Below, piece by piece: positions 1-8,624 of a DNA stretch of 64,000 nucleotides. The notes under the pieces were generated by a model that saw only the letters and a list, made by a program, of their open reading frames with translations, ran no database searches and was not told where the DNA came from. The position numbers and the translations under genes are program-made. This DNA is from Gemmatimonadota bacterium (GTDB lineage: Bacteria; Gemmatimonadota; Gemmatimonadetes; Gemmatimonadales; Gemmatimonadaceae), in assembly GCA_040389905.1 (NCBI GenBank), contig JAZJZK010000052.1, positions 1 to 64,000 of the forward strand. Direction: 5' to 3'. The number at the start of each line of letters is the position of its first letter. Position 1 is the first letter of the stretch.

Positions 1-60
1 GATTGAACCGGTGACCTCACCCTTACCAAGGGTGTGCTCTACCAACTGAGCTACGTGAGC
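1..60 (-). tRNA. tRNA-Thr(GGT), 3' end cut by window edge
   Basis: Reverse complement GCTCACGTAGCTCAGTTGGTAGAGCACACCCTTGGTAAGGGTGAGGTCACCGGTTCAATC: D-arm, anticodon GGT, T-loop GGTTCAATC. Confidence 0.93.
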
Positions 61-88
61 GAAACCCACCCTGGCTCTTCCCCTCGAG

Positions 89-161
89 AGCGGGAGACGG
101 GGCTCGAACCCGCGACATCAAGCTTGGAAGGCTTGCGCTCTACCAGCTGAGCTACTCCCGC
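89..161 (-). tRNA. tRNA-Gly(TCC)
   Basis: Acceptor stem GCGGGAG/CTCCCGC, anticodon loop CTTCCAA, GGTTCGAG T-loop; CCA not encoded. Confidence 0.96.
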
Positions 162-207
162 GAAGTACCGCCCCGCTTAAGCCACACCGCGTTCGCACCG
201 CAGCGCA

Positions 208-290
208 TGGTGAGGGAAGGATTCGAACCTTCGAAGGCTTGCGCCGTCAGATTTACAGTCTGATCCTTTTGGCCACTCAGGAACCTCACC
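208..290 (-). tRNA. tRNA-Tyr(GTA)
   Basis: Acceptor stem GGTGAGG/CCTCACC, anticodon loop CTGTAAA, long variable arm, GGTTCGAATCC. Confidence 0.96.
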
Positions 291-337
291 GACTTGCCTC
301 GCTACGCCTCGGGACATCCTGACAAGTGCAGAAGAAG

Positions 338-410
<73 letters not shown>

Positions 411-438
411 AGACCCAAAAATTCCGAGCGAGACTCGT

Positions 439-467
439 ACAATAGTAGAGCGAGGCGAGTGAGTCAA
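439..467 (-). promoter_or_regulatory. sigma70-type promoter of the tRNA operon
   Basis: Minus strand TTGACT-N17-TATTGT, 28 nt upstream of tRNA-Thr(TGT). Confidence 0.7.
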
Positions 468-505
468 GGTGGCGAGGGAGCGTAACTTAGGCAGCCCCCG
501 CCATC

Positions 506-1924
506 TCAAGCGATCTTCCAGCGGGTGCCCCCGCTTCCGTCCTCGATCGTCACCCCGCGGGCCTTCAGTTCCGCCCGAATCCGGTCCGCCTCCGCGAAAT
601 CCCCACGGATTCGCGCTTCCCTCCGCGCAGCGATGCGCTCCTCGATCCAGGACTCCAGCTCGCCAGCACTTTCCCGGTCCGGAATGATGTCGAGCACGCC
701 ATTGATCCTCGACAATGCGCCCCGCGCCCGCTCAACCGCCTCTCGATCCCCTCCCCTACGGTCGAGCTCGGCATTCCCCTTCCGGATGAAGTCGAACAGC
801 GCGGCCAACGCCTCCGGTCCGTTCAGGTCGTCGAACAGCGCCTTCTCCGCCGCCGCCACGGCCTCATCCGCAGCGATAGCGAGCTCTGCTGTGCCGCCGA
901 GTTGGAGGGTGTTGTCCGCGTTGAGACGATCCGCAAAGTCGCCGACGCGCCGAACCGCTTGCCGAGAAGCATCCAATGCCGCTTCCGACAAGTTCAGCTC
1001 CTTCCGATAGTGCGTGTTGAACACGAAGTGCCTGAGCGCCGCGGCAGAGAACCGAGCCTCGCGCAGTCCGGCCACCGTACTCACGTTCCCGACGCGCTTG
1101 GCCATCTTCGCGCCTTCTGTCAGAAGGAACGCACCATGGCACCAGACGCGAGAAAACGGCACCCCCGTCGCCGCCTCGCTCTGCGCGATCTCGTCCTCGT
1201 GATGCGGAAAGATCAGATCGATTCCGCCGCAGTGGAGATCGAGCGTTTCGCCGAGCAGGTCCATTGCCATCGCGGAGCACTCGAGATGCCAGCCGGGCCG
1301 CCCCCGGCCCCACGGCGAGTCCCACGCCGCGCCGGCCGCCTCGTCAACGGGGCCGGCTGCCTTCCACAACGCGAAATCCTGCGCGTTTTCCTTACTATAG
1401 TCGTCCTGGATGACGCGAGCCCCCGCTTTGATCTCGCGCGTGTCCAATCGCGACAGCCGTCCGTATGTCGGGAACTTCGCGATCGAGAAGTACACCGAGT
1501 GGTCATCGGCCTGATACGCGACGCCCTGCTCGACGAGCCGCTCCACCAACGCGATCATCTGCGGAATGAAGTCCGTCGCCTTCGGATAGTCCTCAGCCGC
1601 TTGAATCCGCAGGTATTCACGATCGCGGTGGAAGATTTCGATCACCGGCTCGGTCACCTGGCGGATCGTCTTTCCCTGCGCGTGCGCCCGATTGATGATC
1701 TTGTCGTCGACGTCGGTGAGGTTCATCACTTGGTGGACCTTCCACCCGCGCAACGCCAGCACGCGTCGCATAAGATCCTCAAAGAGGAACGTGCGGAAGT
1801 TGCCAAGGTGCGCCGGATTGTAGACGGTCGGACCACACGTGTACATGCGCACCGTCGTGGAATCGGCGGGAGCGAACGGCTCGACCTGACGGGTGAGCGT
1901 GTTGTACAGGCGGAAGTCTGACAT
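506..1924 (-). CDS. cysS: cysteinyl-tRNA synthetase
   Basis: MYTCGPTVY, HLGN (HIGH-like), NLTDVDDKII, GRPGWHLECSAM, FPHHEDEIAQ, KMAKR (KMSKS-like). Confidence 0.97.
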   Translation of the reverse strand: MSDFRLYNTLTRQVEPFAPADSTTVRMYTCGPTVYNPAHLGNFRTFLFEDLMRRVLALRGWKVHQVMNLTDVDDKIINRAHAQGKTIRQVTEPVIEIFHRDREYLRIQAAEDYPKATDFIPQMIALVERLVEQGVAYQADDHSVYFSIAKFPTYGRLSRLDTREIKAGARVIQDDYSKENAQDFALWKAAGPVDEAAGAAWDSPWGRGRPGWHLECSAMAMDLLGETLDLHCGGIDLIFPHHEDEIAQSEAATGVPFSRVWCHGAFLLTEGAKMAKRVGNVSTVAGLREARFSAAALRHFVFNTHYRKELNLSEAALDASRQAVRRVGDFADRLNADNTLQLGGTAELAIAADEAVAAAEKALFDDLNGPEALAALFDFIRKGNAELDRRGGDREAVERARGALSRINGVLDIIPDRESAGELESWIEERIAARREARIRGDFAEADRIRAELKARGVTIEDGSGGTRWKIA

Positions 1925-1933
1925 GTGTGGAAT

Positions 1934-2839
1934 TTAGCCGGGCGGCAGGAGTTGCGGCATGACCGTGGCAATGCCGTCCTGGTCGAGCGATTTCTTGATG
2001 CGGGCGCGTAACGCGCGCGCGACATCGTCCCTTCTATACGGGTCGACTCGGGCAACGGCACGAATCGTCACCCCGCCGTTGGAAAGCTTCTCGATGCCGG
2101 TAAGGCTCGGCGGCGACAGCAAGGCATCCGCAAACGCAGGGTCGGCGCCGAGTTGTTCGGCGGCGCGCTGGACAGCGGTGCCGGCGCGGTCGGCATCCTT
2201 CCACGGAACTTCGACATCGACGACGACGCGCCCCCACGATCTGGTCAGGTTCGTCACCTGCATGATCTGACCGTTGGGAATGATGTGCACGGCCCCGTTC
2301 CCGTCGCGAAGGTAGACCAGCCGCAGCGTGATGTTCTCGACGGTACCTTCGACATTGCCGACGCGAATGACGTCGCCGAGCGCAAATTGATGCTCGAGCT
2401 GGAGGAAAAACCCGGTCACGTAGTCGCGAACCAGGCTCTGCGACCCGAACGATACCGCGAGCCCGACGACACCAGCGCTCGCCAGTAACGGAGAGATATT
2501 GAAATCGAGCTGGTTGAGGACCATCAGTACGCCGACGACCGTGATGACGGCGCGCCCGAGATTGCGGAAAAGCTTCGCGGCCGTCCGCGCGCGCTGTTCG
2601 CGCGCGGAGTGGAGATGGTCGTTGCCGTCGTCGCCGAGCTTCGCGATGCGGCGCGCGACGAAGCGGACGAACATCCATGCGGCAAAGATGGAGATGAGGA
2701 CGCCACCAACGTCGATCGCCTTATCCACCGCGTAGTCCACTCCGTCTCGGCGCCACTCCTGGAGGGTGTGCGGACGGTGCGTTTTCGCCGGGACGGGTTG
2801 CGCGGTCTGTTGAAGAGCCATGTTCGGCAAGCTAGACAT
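1934..2839 (-). CDS. small-conductance mechanosensitive channel (MscS family)
   Basis: TM segments, LLASAGVVGLAVSFGSQSLVRD, GDVIRVG, GTVENITLR, IPNG. Confidence 0.92.
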   Translation of the reverse strand: MSSLPNMALQQTAQPVPAKTHRPHTLQEWRRDGVDYAVDKAIDVGGVLISIFAAWMFVRFVARRIAKLGDDGNDHLHSAREQRARTAAKLFRNLGRAVITVVGVLMVLNQLDFNISPLLASAGVVGLAVSFGSQSLVRDYVTGFFLQLEHQFALGDVIRVGNVEGTVENITLRLVYLRDGNGAVHIIPNGQIMQVTNLTRSWGRVVVDVEVPWKDADRAGTAVQRAAEQLGADPAFADALLSPPSLTGIEKLSNGGVTIRAVARVDPYRRDDVARALRARIKKSLDQDGIATVMPQLLPPG

Positions 2840-2954
2840 GCGCCGACATGGCGGTCAACGGCACCTTGCCATGCGCCGCCGCTCGATGATCGGCGGCGCT
2901 ACAGGGGCTCGCTTTCCTTTCGACGCGCCACTGCCATTCCGAACAGGATCGCGT

Positions 2955-3776
2955 TCAGGTCGCGCGGCGACGGCGGATCGCGACGACCGACACGGCCCCG
3001 GTGGCGAGAAGGAAGAGACTCGACGGTTCCGGGGTGACGTCTTGCTGCTCGTCAAACGAGACGAGGCCGTTCTCGCCGAGGGTCGCCGAGCGCACCAGCG
3101 TGTTCTCTCCGTTGTACCAGTCGACCCCCGCCAACGTGAAGCCCCCCGATGAGGCGGAGGCGCCATTCGTCGCGATGCCCAGGGCGTTGGCAACGAAGTA
3201 AAAGGTGTCGGAGCCTTCGACCGCAGCGGAGAACATGTCGATGCCTGATTGCGTCAGGGTGTAGTTGCTGCCGGATACCTGCCCGTTGTGGTTAATGGCC
3301 CAATACGCGCTCTGCTGCTGTCCGTTGGTCAAGTTCAGGTTGAGCTCCGCGGAGGCGCTTTGGCTGGCACTGATGCTGGAAGAGAGGTCGAACCTCCACC
3401 GCAGGTAGTCAGTCTGTGTCGCGGCAAAGGCTGAAAAATACGAGCCAAATAGGCCGGCCTGCGCCGAGGTTTGGGTCTGGGTCGAAAAGGAGTGTTGTCC
3501 GGCCGCTTGTTGACCAACGGCGATTCCGAAATTCGCGAGATCACCATATGCGTCAACCCTGGCGAAGCTCTCTGACAGGAGCGTCGGTCCACAGTGCGCC
3601 TCTGTTAGCGCTCCCTGTGACGGGGCGTCGATGCACCATGGGGCTCCTCCCTCCTGATGCATTGCGAAACTAGTCGTGTACTGTGCTCTCGCGCTGGCCG
3701 GCAGGACGGCGGCGGCAAGGAAGGCAGTTGTGACAGCAATCTTTCGGGCGCTATGCGACCTGGCGTGTGCGGTCAT
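2955..3776 (-). CDS. PEP-CTERM sorting domain protein
   Basis: Signal peptide (..ASARA-Q); C-terminus VTPEPSSLFLLATGAVSVVAIRRRRAT gives PEP motif, TM helix and Arg cluster; AAGGA RBS. Confidence 0.9.
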   Translation of the reverse strand: MTAHARSHSARKIAVTTAFLAAAVLPASARAQYTTSFAMHQEGGAPWCIDAPSQGALTEAHCGPTLLSESFARVDAYGDLANFGIAVGQQAAGQHSFSTQTQTSAQAGLFGSYFSAFAATQTDYLRWRFDLSSSISASQSASAELNLNLTNGQQQSAYWAINHNGQVSGSNYTLTQSGIDMFSAAVEGSDTFYFVANALGIATNGASASSGGFTLAGVDWYNGENTLVRSATLGENGLVSFDEQQDVTPEPSSLFLLATGAVSVVAIRRRRAT

Positions 3777-3809
3777 TGTCCTTTTTTGTTAATGGCTAGG
3801 AGCGGACAG

Positions 3810-3825
3810 AGCAACAATCAGGCCT
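3810..3825 (-). promoter_or_regulatory. putative sigma54 (-24/-12) promoter of the PEP-CTERM gene
   Basis: Minus strand AGGCCTGATTGTTGCT = GG-N10-GC with TTGCT, 33 nt upstream of the ATG. Confidence 0.55.
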
Positions 3826-3839
3826 TCGGAATAATTACG

Positions 3840-3864
3840 TAAGTTATTGCAAAACAACAACTTA
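3840..3864. promoter_or_regulatory. AT-rich 25-bp dyad, IHF-like site
   Basis: TAAGTTATTGCAAAACAACAACTTA; the right half resembles WATCAANNNNTTR, and a similar dyad lies at 48662-48686. Confidence 0.45.
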
Positions 3865-4023
3865 AACATATGACCAAAAGCGTACTTATGTGTTGTGCTG
3901 CTTTGTTGCCGCGACTGTTGCACGGAAGCACCACCGAAATCACCTCCAAGGCATGTCTTCCCCCGCGTCCTCGAGATTACGTCGTTTGCGCCTCGTGAAT
4001 CCAGTCCGCGGACAACGGCACCC

Positions 4024-4569
4024 CTAGGTGCGAGCGGCATCCCCAATGCCAAGCGACACCGCGACCGGCAACCGCTCCGCCACTCGGCGAACGGGCGCCC
4101 GCCCAATCTGCGTGAGGTGGCCGTCGCGGAGCATGAGGACGCGGTCGACATGCGGTGCTACGCCGGCGACGTCACACCCGGCAAGAATGAATGAGACCGG
4201 AGTGGGCTGAAGCGCCAACTCCGCAAACGCACGCTGATCGTAGAGAGCCAGCGGATTGTCGCCTCCGCTGTCGATCAAAAGGAGCGTGCGCCGAGCGTTC
4301 AGGTTGCACGTTGCGAGGTCCGCGGGGGAGGCGAGGTAGCGGTGCTGCGAGAACATGGACTCGATTCGGCCAGCGTCCACAGTCCGGTGACCCGCAATGC
4401 ATTCGAGCAGCGTCGACTTCCCGGAGCCGCGGCGGCCGACGATGCCGACGCGCTCGCCAAGACCGAGTTCGAGTGAAGTGCCACGAAGGGCCCAGACGCG
4501 GGCGGAGCATCCGCGGACGCCAGCGGAGTAGCTCTTCCAAAGATTGGTGATGGTAAGTGTGGTTGGCAT
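4024..4569 (-). CDS. truncated or degenerate ABC-type ATP-binding protein
   Basis: L..TNLWKSY, ALRGTSLEL..GE, Walker A GRRGSGKST and C-terminal DRVLMLRDG, but no LSGGQ signature. Confidence 0.7.
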   Translation of the reverse strand: MPTTLTITNLWKSYSAGVRGCSARVWALRGTSLELGLGERVGIVGRRGSGKSTLLECIAGHRTVDAGRIESMFSQHRYLASPADLATCNLNARRTLLLIDSGGDNPLALYDQRAFAELALQPTPVSFILAGCDVAGVAPHVDRVLMLRDGHLTQIGRAPVRRVAERLPVAVSLGIGDAART

Positions 4570-4690
4570 GCCGTAACGTGACAGGCCAGACGGGCAAACG
4601 CGTCACCGTTTTATTGCACGCTAGGTGCAATTCATTGCAACACCCGGCAGTCTCAAGTTCCGGTGCGCATTTACGGCTCGTCGCCATTTT

Positions 4691-4863
4691 ACCGCAGAGG
4701 GCGCAGAGGAGCAGAGGTACGCGGAGGAATGCGTGCAAAAGCGTAACAGCAGGTGCAGGCCCTTCGCTTCGCTCAGGGCGACAAAACGAGCGGAGCTGCA
4801 AATGTGCAGGCCCTTCAGTTGCTTTTCCTCTGCGAACCTCTGCTCCTCTGCGCCCTCTGCGGT
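4691..4863. repeat. composite REP-like module: 39-bp inverted arms (family A) enclosing a family B unit
   Basis: Arms 4691-4729 and 4825-4863 (ACCGCAGAGGGCGCAGAGGAGCAGAGGT.., 2 mismatches); inner GTGCAGGCCCTTCGCTTCGCTCAGGGCGACA at 4753-4783. Confidence 0.9.
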
Positions 4864-4904
4864 GAGAAACGCGCGCCGATGTGCATCCAGATCCACTCGA
4901 CTCG

Positions 4905-5963
4905 CTACGATCGAGGCCGTTCTCTGTGAAGCCTTTCGATCGCATCGACGATCGGCTTGGTCTCAAAACGAACCGTGTCCGTCACGGGCAAGCCCGTTTC
5001 ACGCTGGACCTTCTCGATTTCGCGCAACGCCTCGTCTTCTGGGAGATCGTAGGTGTTCAGCGCGACGGCGATGACTGGCGCTGGACGCAGGTACATCGAC
5101 GCCTGCTCGCTCAACCGAATGAAGTCCACGAGCGGGGGGATCTTCACCCATTCACACCGGTTGATGGCCTTGCGCGAGGGTTGCGCGCAGAGGATCTGGG
5201 CGTGCGGCAACGATCCGTGAATGAGGCCGTAGGTCACGCCAGAATAGCTGGGGTGAATGATCGACCCCTGTCCTTCCACGAGCACGAGATCAGCGCCTTC
5301 GGCGCATTCGAGTACGAGCTTCTCCGCCGCACCCGCTATGAAGTCTGCGACGACGGCATCGACGCCCAAGCCGCGGCCCTCGATGAGGATGCCGGTCTGG
5401 CCCGTCGCCGCGAAGTTGGTGCGGATACCGCGCTCGCGAATGGCGCCGAGTATCTGCAACTGCGTTGTCATCTTGCCGATGTTGCAGTCGGTTCCGACGG
5501 TCAGAACGATGGTCGCGCTCACATCGCGCACCCGGCCGTTGGCGACGCGCAGCTTCGCCGGCGGGCGACGTAGGTCATGGATCGCGACGTTGTGCTTCTT
5601 CGCGAGCTCCGCGAGTTCGGGAACATCCCCAATGAACGTGTGCAGACCGCTCCAGATCTCGAGTCCATTCTCGATGGCACCGGCGAGCAGACGGACCCAC
5701 GCATCGGGCAACTGGCCACCGGCAGGAGCAATGCCGATGACGAGTGCGTTGGGATTGAGCTTCAGCCCATCCTCGAGCGTGCCGACGATCGGGATATCTC
5801 CACCGAATCCGATCACTTCTTGCGACGTACGTCCAGCCTTGCTGGCGTCGATGATGCCGGCAACGCGCTCTGGCGTGTAGCGAATGCAGGCGTTGGCGGT
5901 CTTTGATTCCTCGGGGCCGAAGAGGCCGTCCGCGAGGATCAGGTATCGCAGATCACGTGTCAT
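4905..5963 (-). CDS. DUF1611 domain protein (DgcN-like P-loop protein)
   Basis: KTANACIRY, GIAPAGG, SGLH, VGTDCNIGKMTT, ATGQTGILI, DAVVADF, VEGQGS..HP. Start placed at ATG 5963 because the upstream extension overlaps a repeat. Confidence 0.88.
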   Translation of the reverse strand: MTRDLRYLILADGLFGPEESKTANACIRYTPERVAGIIDASKAGRTSQEVIGFGGDIPIVGTLEDGLKLNPNALVIGIAPAGGQLPDAWVRLLAGAIENGLEIWSGLHTFIGDVPELAELAKKHNVAIHDLRRPPAKLRVANGRVRDVSATIVLTVGTDCNIGKMTTQLQILGAIRERGIRTNFAATGQTGILIEGRGLGVDAVVADFIAGAAEKLVLECAEGADLVLVEGQGSIIHPSYSGVTYGLIHGSLPHAQILCAQPSRKAINRCEWVKIPPLVDFIRLSEQASMYLRPAPVIAVALNTYDLPEDEALREIEKVQRETGLPVTDTVRFETKPIVDAIERLHRERPRS

Positions 5964-5991
5964 GCTGGGAGTTCGAGTAGAGGCGATTGAG

Positions 5992-6031
5992 GTGCGTACC
6001 CCTCGACTCGTTGCGCTCGCTCGGGGAGACA
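5992..6031 (+). repeat. REP-like family B variant
   Basis: GTGCGTACCCCTCGACTCGTTGCGCTCGCTCGGGGAGACA, similar to the units at 35238-35327. Confidence 0.65.
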
Positions 6032-6089
6032 CCATTGAACTGCACTAGCTGACCGTCGCTCGCTCGGCGCGCGCGCGGGAGCGGGAAAT

Positions 6090-7280
6090 CTACGCGGGAA
6101 CCGCGATCACGCGACGTTCGAGGATTCCGATGACGTCGACATGTGTCGTGGGGACGATCACACCGCTTTCCGACGTCGGCAGCCGCAGGACGAGTGGCCG
6201 CTCCCGCGTGGTGCGGCGGAAGCCCCCACCCTCGTAGATGCGCGACAACAGGATGCGCCGCACGATGACCATGATCACCGCGAGTCCGGGCACCGCCACA
6301 AGCAGGCCGAGTGGGCCGAGCAGCTTTCCGACGATGAGGACGAATACGATCGTCAGGACGGGGGGAAGGTCTACCTGCCGCTGCATGATGTAGGGCGATA
6401 CCAGATTGCCCTCGATCAGGTGGACGATGACCCCGAGTCCAATGACCCACAGCGCTCGCGATCCGCCGTCCGGGCCGGTGAGGACGAACAGCGCCGGAAG
6501 CGTGGTGGCGAGGAGCGTCCCGAAGAAGGGGACGATGGTCGCGAGGCCTGTGAAGACGCCGAATGTCAGCGCGTAGGGCACTCCGAGGAAACCGAGGCCG
6601 ATGGCCGTGAGCGTTCCGAGGAACGTCATGGTGAGTAGCAGACCGACGATGTACGCGCGGAGCGAGCCTGCGCAGTCGGACAGTACATCGCGAACGAGGT
6701 CGCGGTGGATGGGCGGAAAGAGTGCGATCAGCCACTCGCGGTACAGCGCCGGGTGCAGGGACAGGTAGAGTCCCATGACGACGACGGAAAAGAGGCTGAT
6801 GACGACTTCGACGAGACCCAATACCTTCGGCACGACGTCGCCGAACTGCCCTGAGAGGCGCTCGTACACCGCCATCAGGATCTTGTGCTGGCCCGGCGTA
6901 TACACCGATTTGAGCGCAGGAATCCTGGTCGCGAGCCGGTCGATGGTCGCCTCCCATCCGCCGATGTAGGCTGGAAGGACCTTGATCAGCTCCTGCGTCT
7001 GCGCAATGAGGGGCGGCACCAACGCGTAGAACAGGACAACGAGCCCGCCAAACGAAACCGAGATGGCGAGCAGAAAGGACCAGCGCTCCGACAAATGCAG
7101 TCGCCGGTGTATGACACCGGCGAGCGCCATGAGGTACAACGAGATCAGAATGCCGAGGAACAGGAGGAGGAAAACCTCGGCGGTCTTCGCAGTGAGCCAG
7201 AGCAGCAGAACGGTAAAGACAGTTGCGGCGAGGATGTGGCTGAACTTGAACTTCGAAACCTCGCGCGCGTCTGTCGTCAT
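6090..7280 (-). CDS. AI-2E family (PerM-like) transporter
   Basis: Multiple TM helices, VPFFG, IEGNLVSPYIM, LPPVL, GPLGLLVAVP; ATGA overlap with the pspA stop. Confidence 0.9.
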   Translation of the reverse strand: MTTDAREVSKFKFSHILAATVFTVLLLWLTAKTAEVFLLLFLGILISLYLMALAGVIHRRLHLSERWSFLLAISVSFGGLVVLFYALVPPLIAQTQELIKVLPAYIGGWEATIDRLATRIPALKSVYTPGQHKILMAVYERLSGQFGDVVPKVLGLVEVVISLFSVVVMGLYLSLHPALYREWLIALFPPIHRDLVRDVLSDCAGSLRAYIVGLLLTMTFLGTLTAIGLGFLGVPYALTFGVFTGLATIVPFFGTLLATTLPALFVLTGPDGGSRALWVIGLGVIVHLIEGNLVSPYIMQRQVDLPPVLTIVFVLIVGKLLGPLGLLVAVPGLAVIMVIVRRILLSRIYEGGGFRRTTRERPLVLRLPTSESGVIVPTTHVDVIGILERRVIAVPA

Positions 7281-8065
7281 CTAGCCTTGCCTTCCCCGGG
7301 TCGTTGTATGTCTGCGCTGACTTCCTCTTCGTCCGCGCGCTGGCCAGCTCCCAGCGCCTTGCCTGGTGTCGATGTACCTGCACCTAGCATGCCCATCTTC
7401 TGCTTGAGGGCAAGAAGCTGGTTGTCGACGGTGGCCGTGCTGGAGCCTCGCTCGAGCGCCTTGAAGTCGCGCTGGAGGGTATCGCCGGTGAATTCGTCCT
7501 CGATTTCCGCCGACGCCTTGATCTGGCGTTCGTTGGTTTCGATGCGCTCTTCCATGCGCGCGAAGGCCTCGAACGCACTCTTCTCGGACAGCGACGACAT
7601 CGTCTCGGCGATGCGCTGCTGCGCGACGGCACGACGCTGGCGGGCGACGAGCAGGTTCTTCTTCCGGCGGGCCTCTTCGATCTTGTCGTTGAGGTCGCGG
7701 AGCTGGTTCTTGAGCTTTTCCGACTCGGATTTCTGCGACTCCCACGTCTGCTCGTACTGCTGCGCGTGCGCGAGATGCTCGCCGTGCCGAACGAGCGCCT
7801 GCTTGGCCAGGTCGTCACGACCTTCCTGGACAGCGAGCATCGCTCGACGCTCCCAGTCCTGAGCCTGCTTGTACTCGGCGTCAGCCTGATCGCGCAGGCG
7901 CTTCTCGTCGGCGATGGCGATCGCGACCTGCTGCTTCGCCTTGACGAGCTGGCTGCGCATGTCGTCGAGAATCTGCGTGAGCATCTTCTCGGGATCTTCC
8001 GCCTTCGAGATCAGGTCGTTGATGTTGCTCTTGAGGAGCTGGGAAAAACGATCGAAAATGCCCAT
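7277..8065 (-). CDS. pspA: PspA/IM30 family protein
   Basis: MGIFDRFSQLLKSNINDLISKAEDPEKML, WERRAMLAV..GRDDLAKQAL, FARMEERIE; coiled coil. Confidence 0.93.
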   Translation of the reverse strand: MGIFDRFSQLLKSNINDLISKAEDPEKMLTQILDDMRSQLVKAKQQVAIAIADEKRLRDQADAEYKQAQDWERRAMLAVQEGRDDLAKQALVRHGEHLAHAQQYEQTWESQKSESEKLKNQLRDLNDKIEEARRKKNLLVARQRRAVAQQRIAETMSSLSEKSAFEAFARMEERIETNERQIKASAEIEDEFTGDTLQRDFKALERGSSTATVDNQLLALKQKMGMLGAGTSTPGKALGAGQRADEEEVSADIQRPGEGKAR

Positions 8066-8068
8066 GGG

Positions 8069-8479
8069 TCAGCGTGCCTCGCGGAACGAGCCGAGCTCGC
8101 GCAGGTGCGACGCGAGCGCGAGAGTCATGCTCTCGTAGGTCGCGCGAAATTCTTCGAAGTCGAGGGCCGAGAGCTCGAGCGCTTCGGTGAGGACGATCTG
8201 TTCGTCCTGAATGCCGTAGGACCCATGCAGCAGGTCGGACGCGTTGAGCTCGAGAAGGCGACGGGTGAGGTTGGCGGTCATCGCCGCGTCTTTTGGCAGC
8301 GTCATGACGTCGACGCGAAGCAAAAGCACGGGAGGCGAGTAATTCACGGCGATCGAGAGGTCGCTCTCTGGGCTGGGACGGATGATCCAGAAGCCGGATT
8401 CGACTTCGGAATACGTCGCGCCTTGGTCGCTGAGCCGGAGAAGGAAACTTTCGATGTCTTCTTTCGTGAGCATCTGCAC
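8069..8479 (-). CDS. YbjN/CesT-like chaperone-fold protein
   Basis: 136 aa, acidic, LLELNASDLLHGSYGI motif typical of the T3SS-chaperone/YbjN fold; ends 3 nt before pspA. Confidence 0.7.
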   Translation of the reverse strand: MQMLTKEDIESFLLRLSDQGATYSEVESGFWIIRPSPESDLSIAVNYSPPVLLLRVDVMTLPKDAAMTANLTRRLLELNASDLLHGSYGIQDEQIVLTEALELSALDFEEFRATYESMTLALASHLRELGSFREAR

Positions 8480-8576
8480 ACCTTGGAGCAGTGGTTGCGT
8501 TCACTACGTCGCCGACGCGCGACTCGTTTCATGAGCGCTGGGCAAAGCTATTTGACGGAGGAGCTAGGAGCTAGGA

Positions 8577-8599
8577 GGCAATAACATACTTGACGCAGG
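8577..8599 (+). repeat. left terminal inverted repeat (IRL)
   Basis: GGCAATAACATACTTGACGCAGG is the exact reverse complement of 11755-11777. Confidence 0.95.
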
Positions 8600-8618
8600 T
8601 GGCCTGTTAGCATACATT
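8590..8618 (+). promoter_or_regulatory. transposase promoter with -35 inside IRL; likely leaderless mRNA
   Basis: TTGACG-N17-TACATT, then 6 nt, then the ATG at 8625; no SD sequence. Confidence 0.65.
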
Positions 8619-8624
8619 CTCCGT

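Noticed and set aside
2873..2899. GCGCCGCCG/CGGCGGCGC hairpin as terminator of the PEP-CTERM gene
   Set aside because: No U-tract on either side, and a 9-bp GC stem is weak evidence at this GC content.
4613..4631. NtrC binding site
   Set aside because: The spacing is TGCAC-N5-GTGCA, whereas NtrC sites are N7; kept only as an unassigned palindrome.
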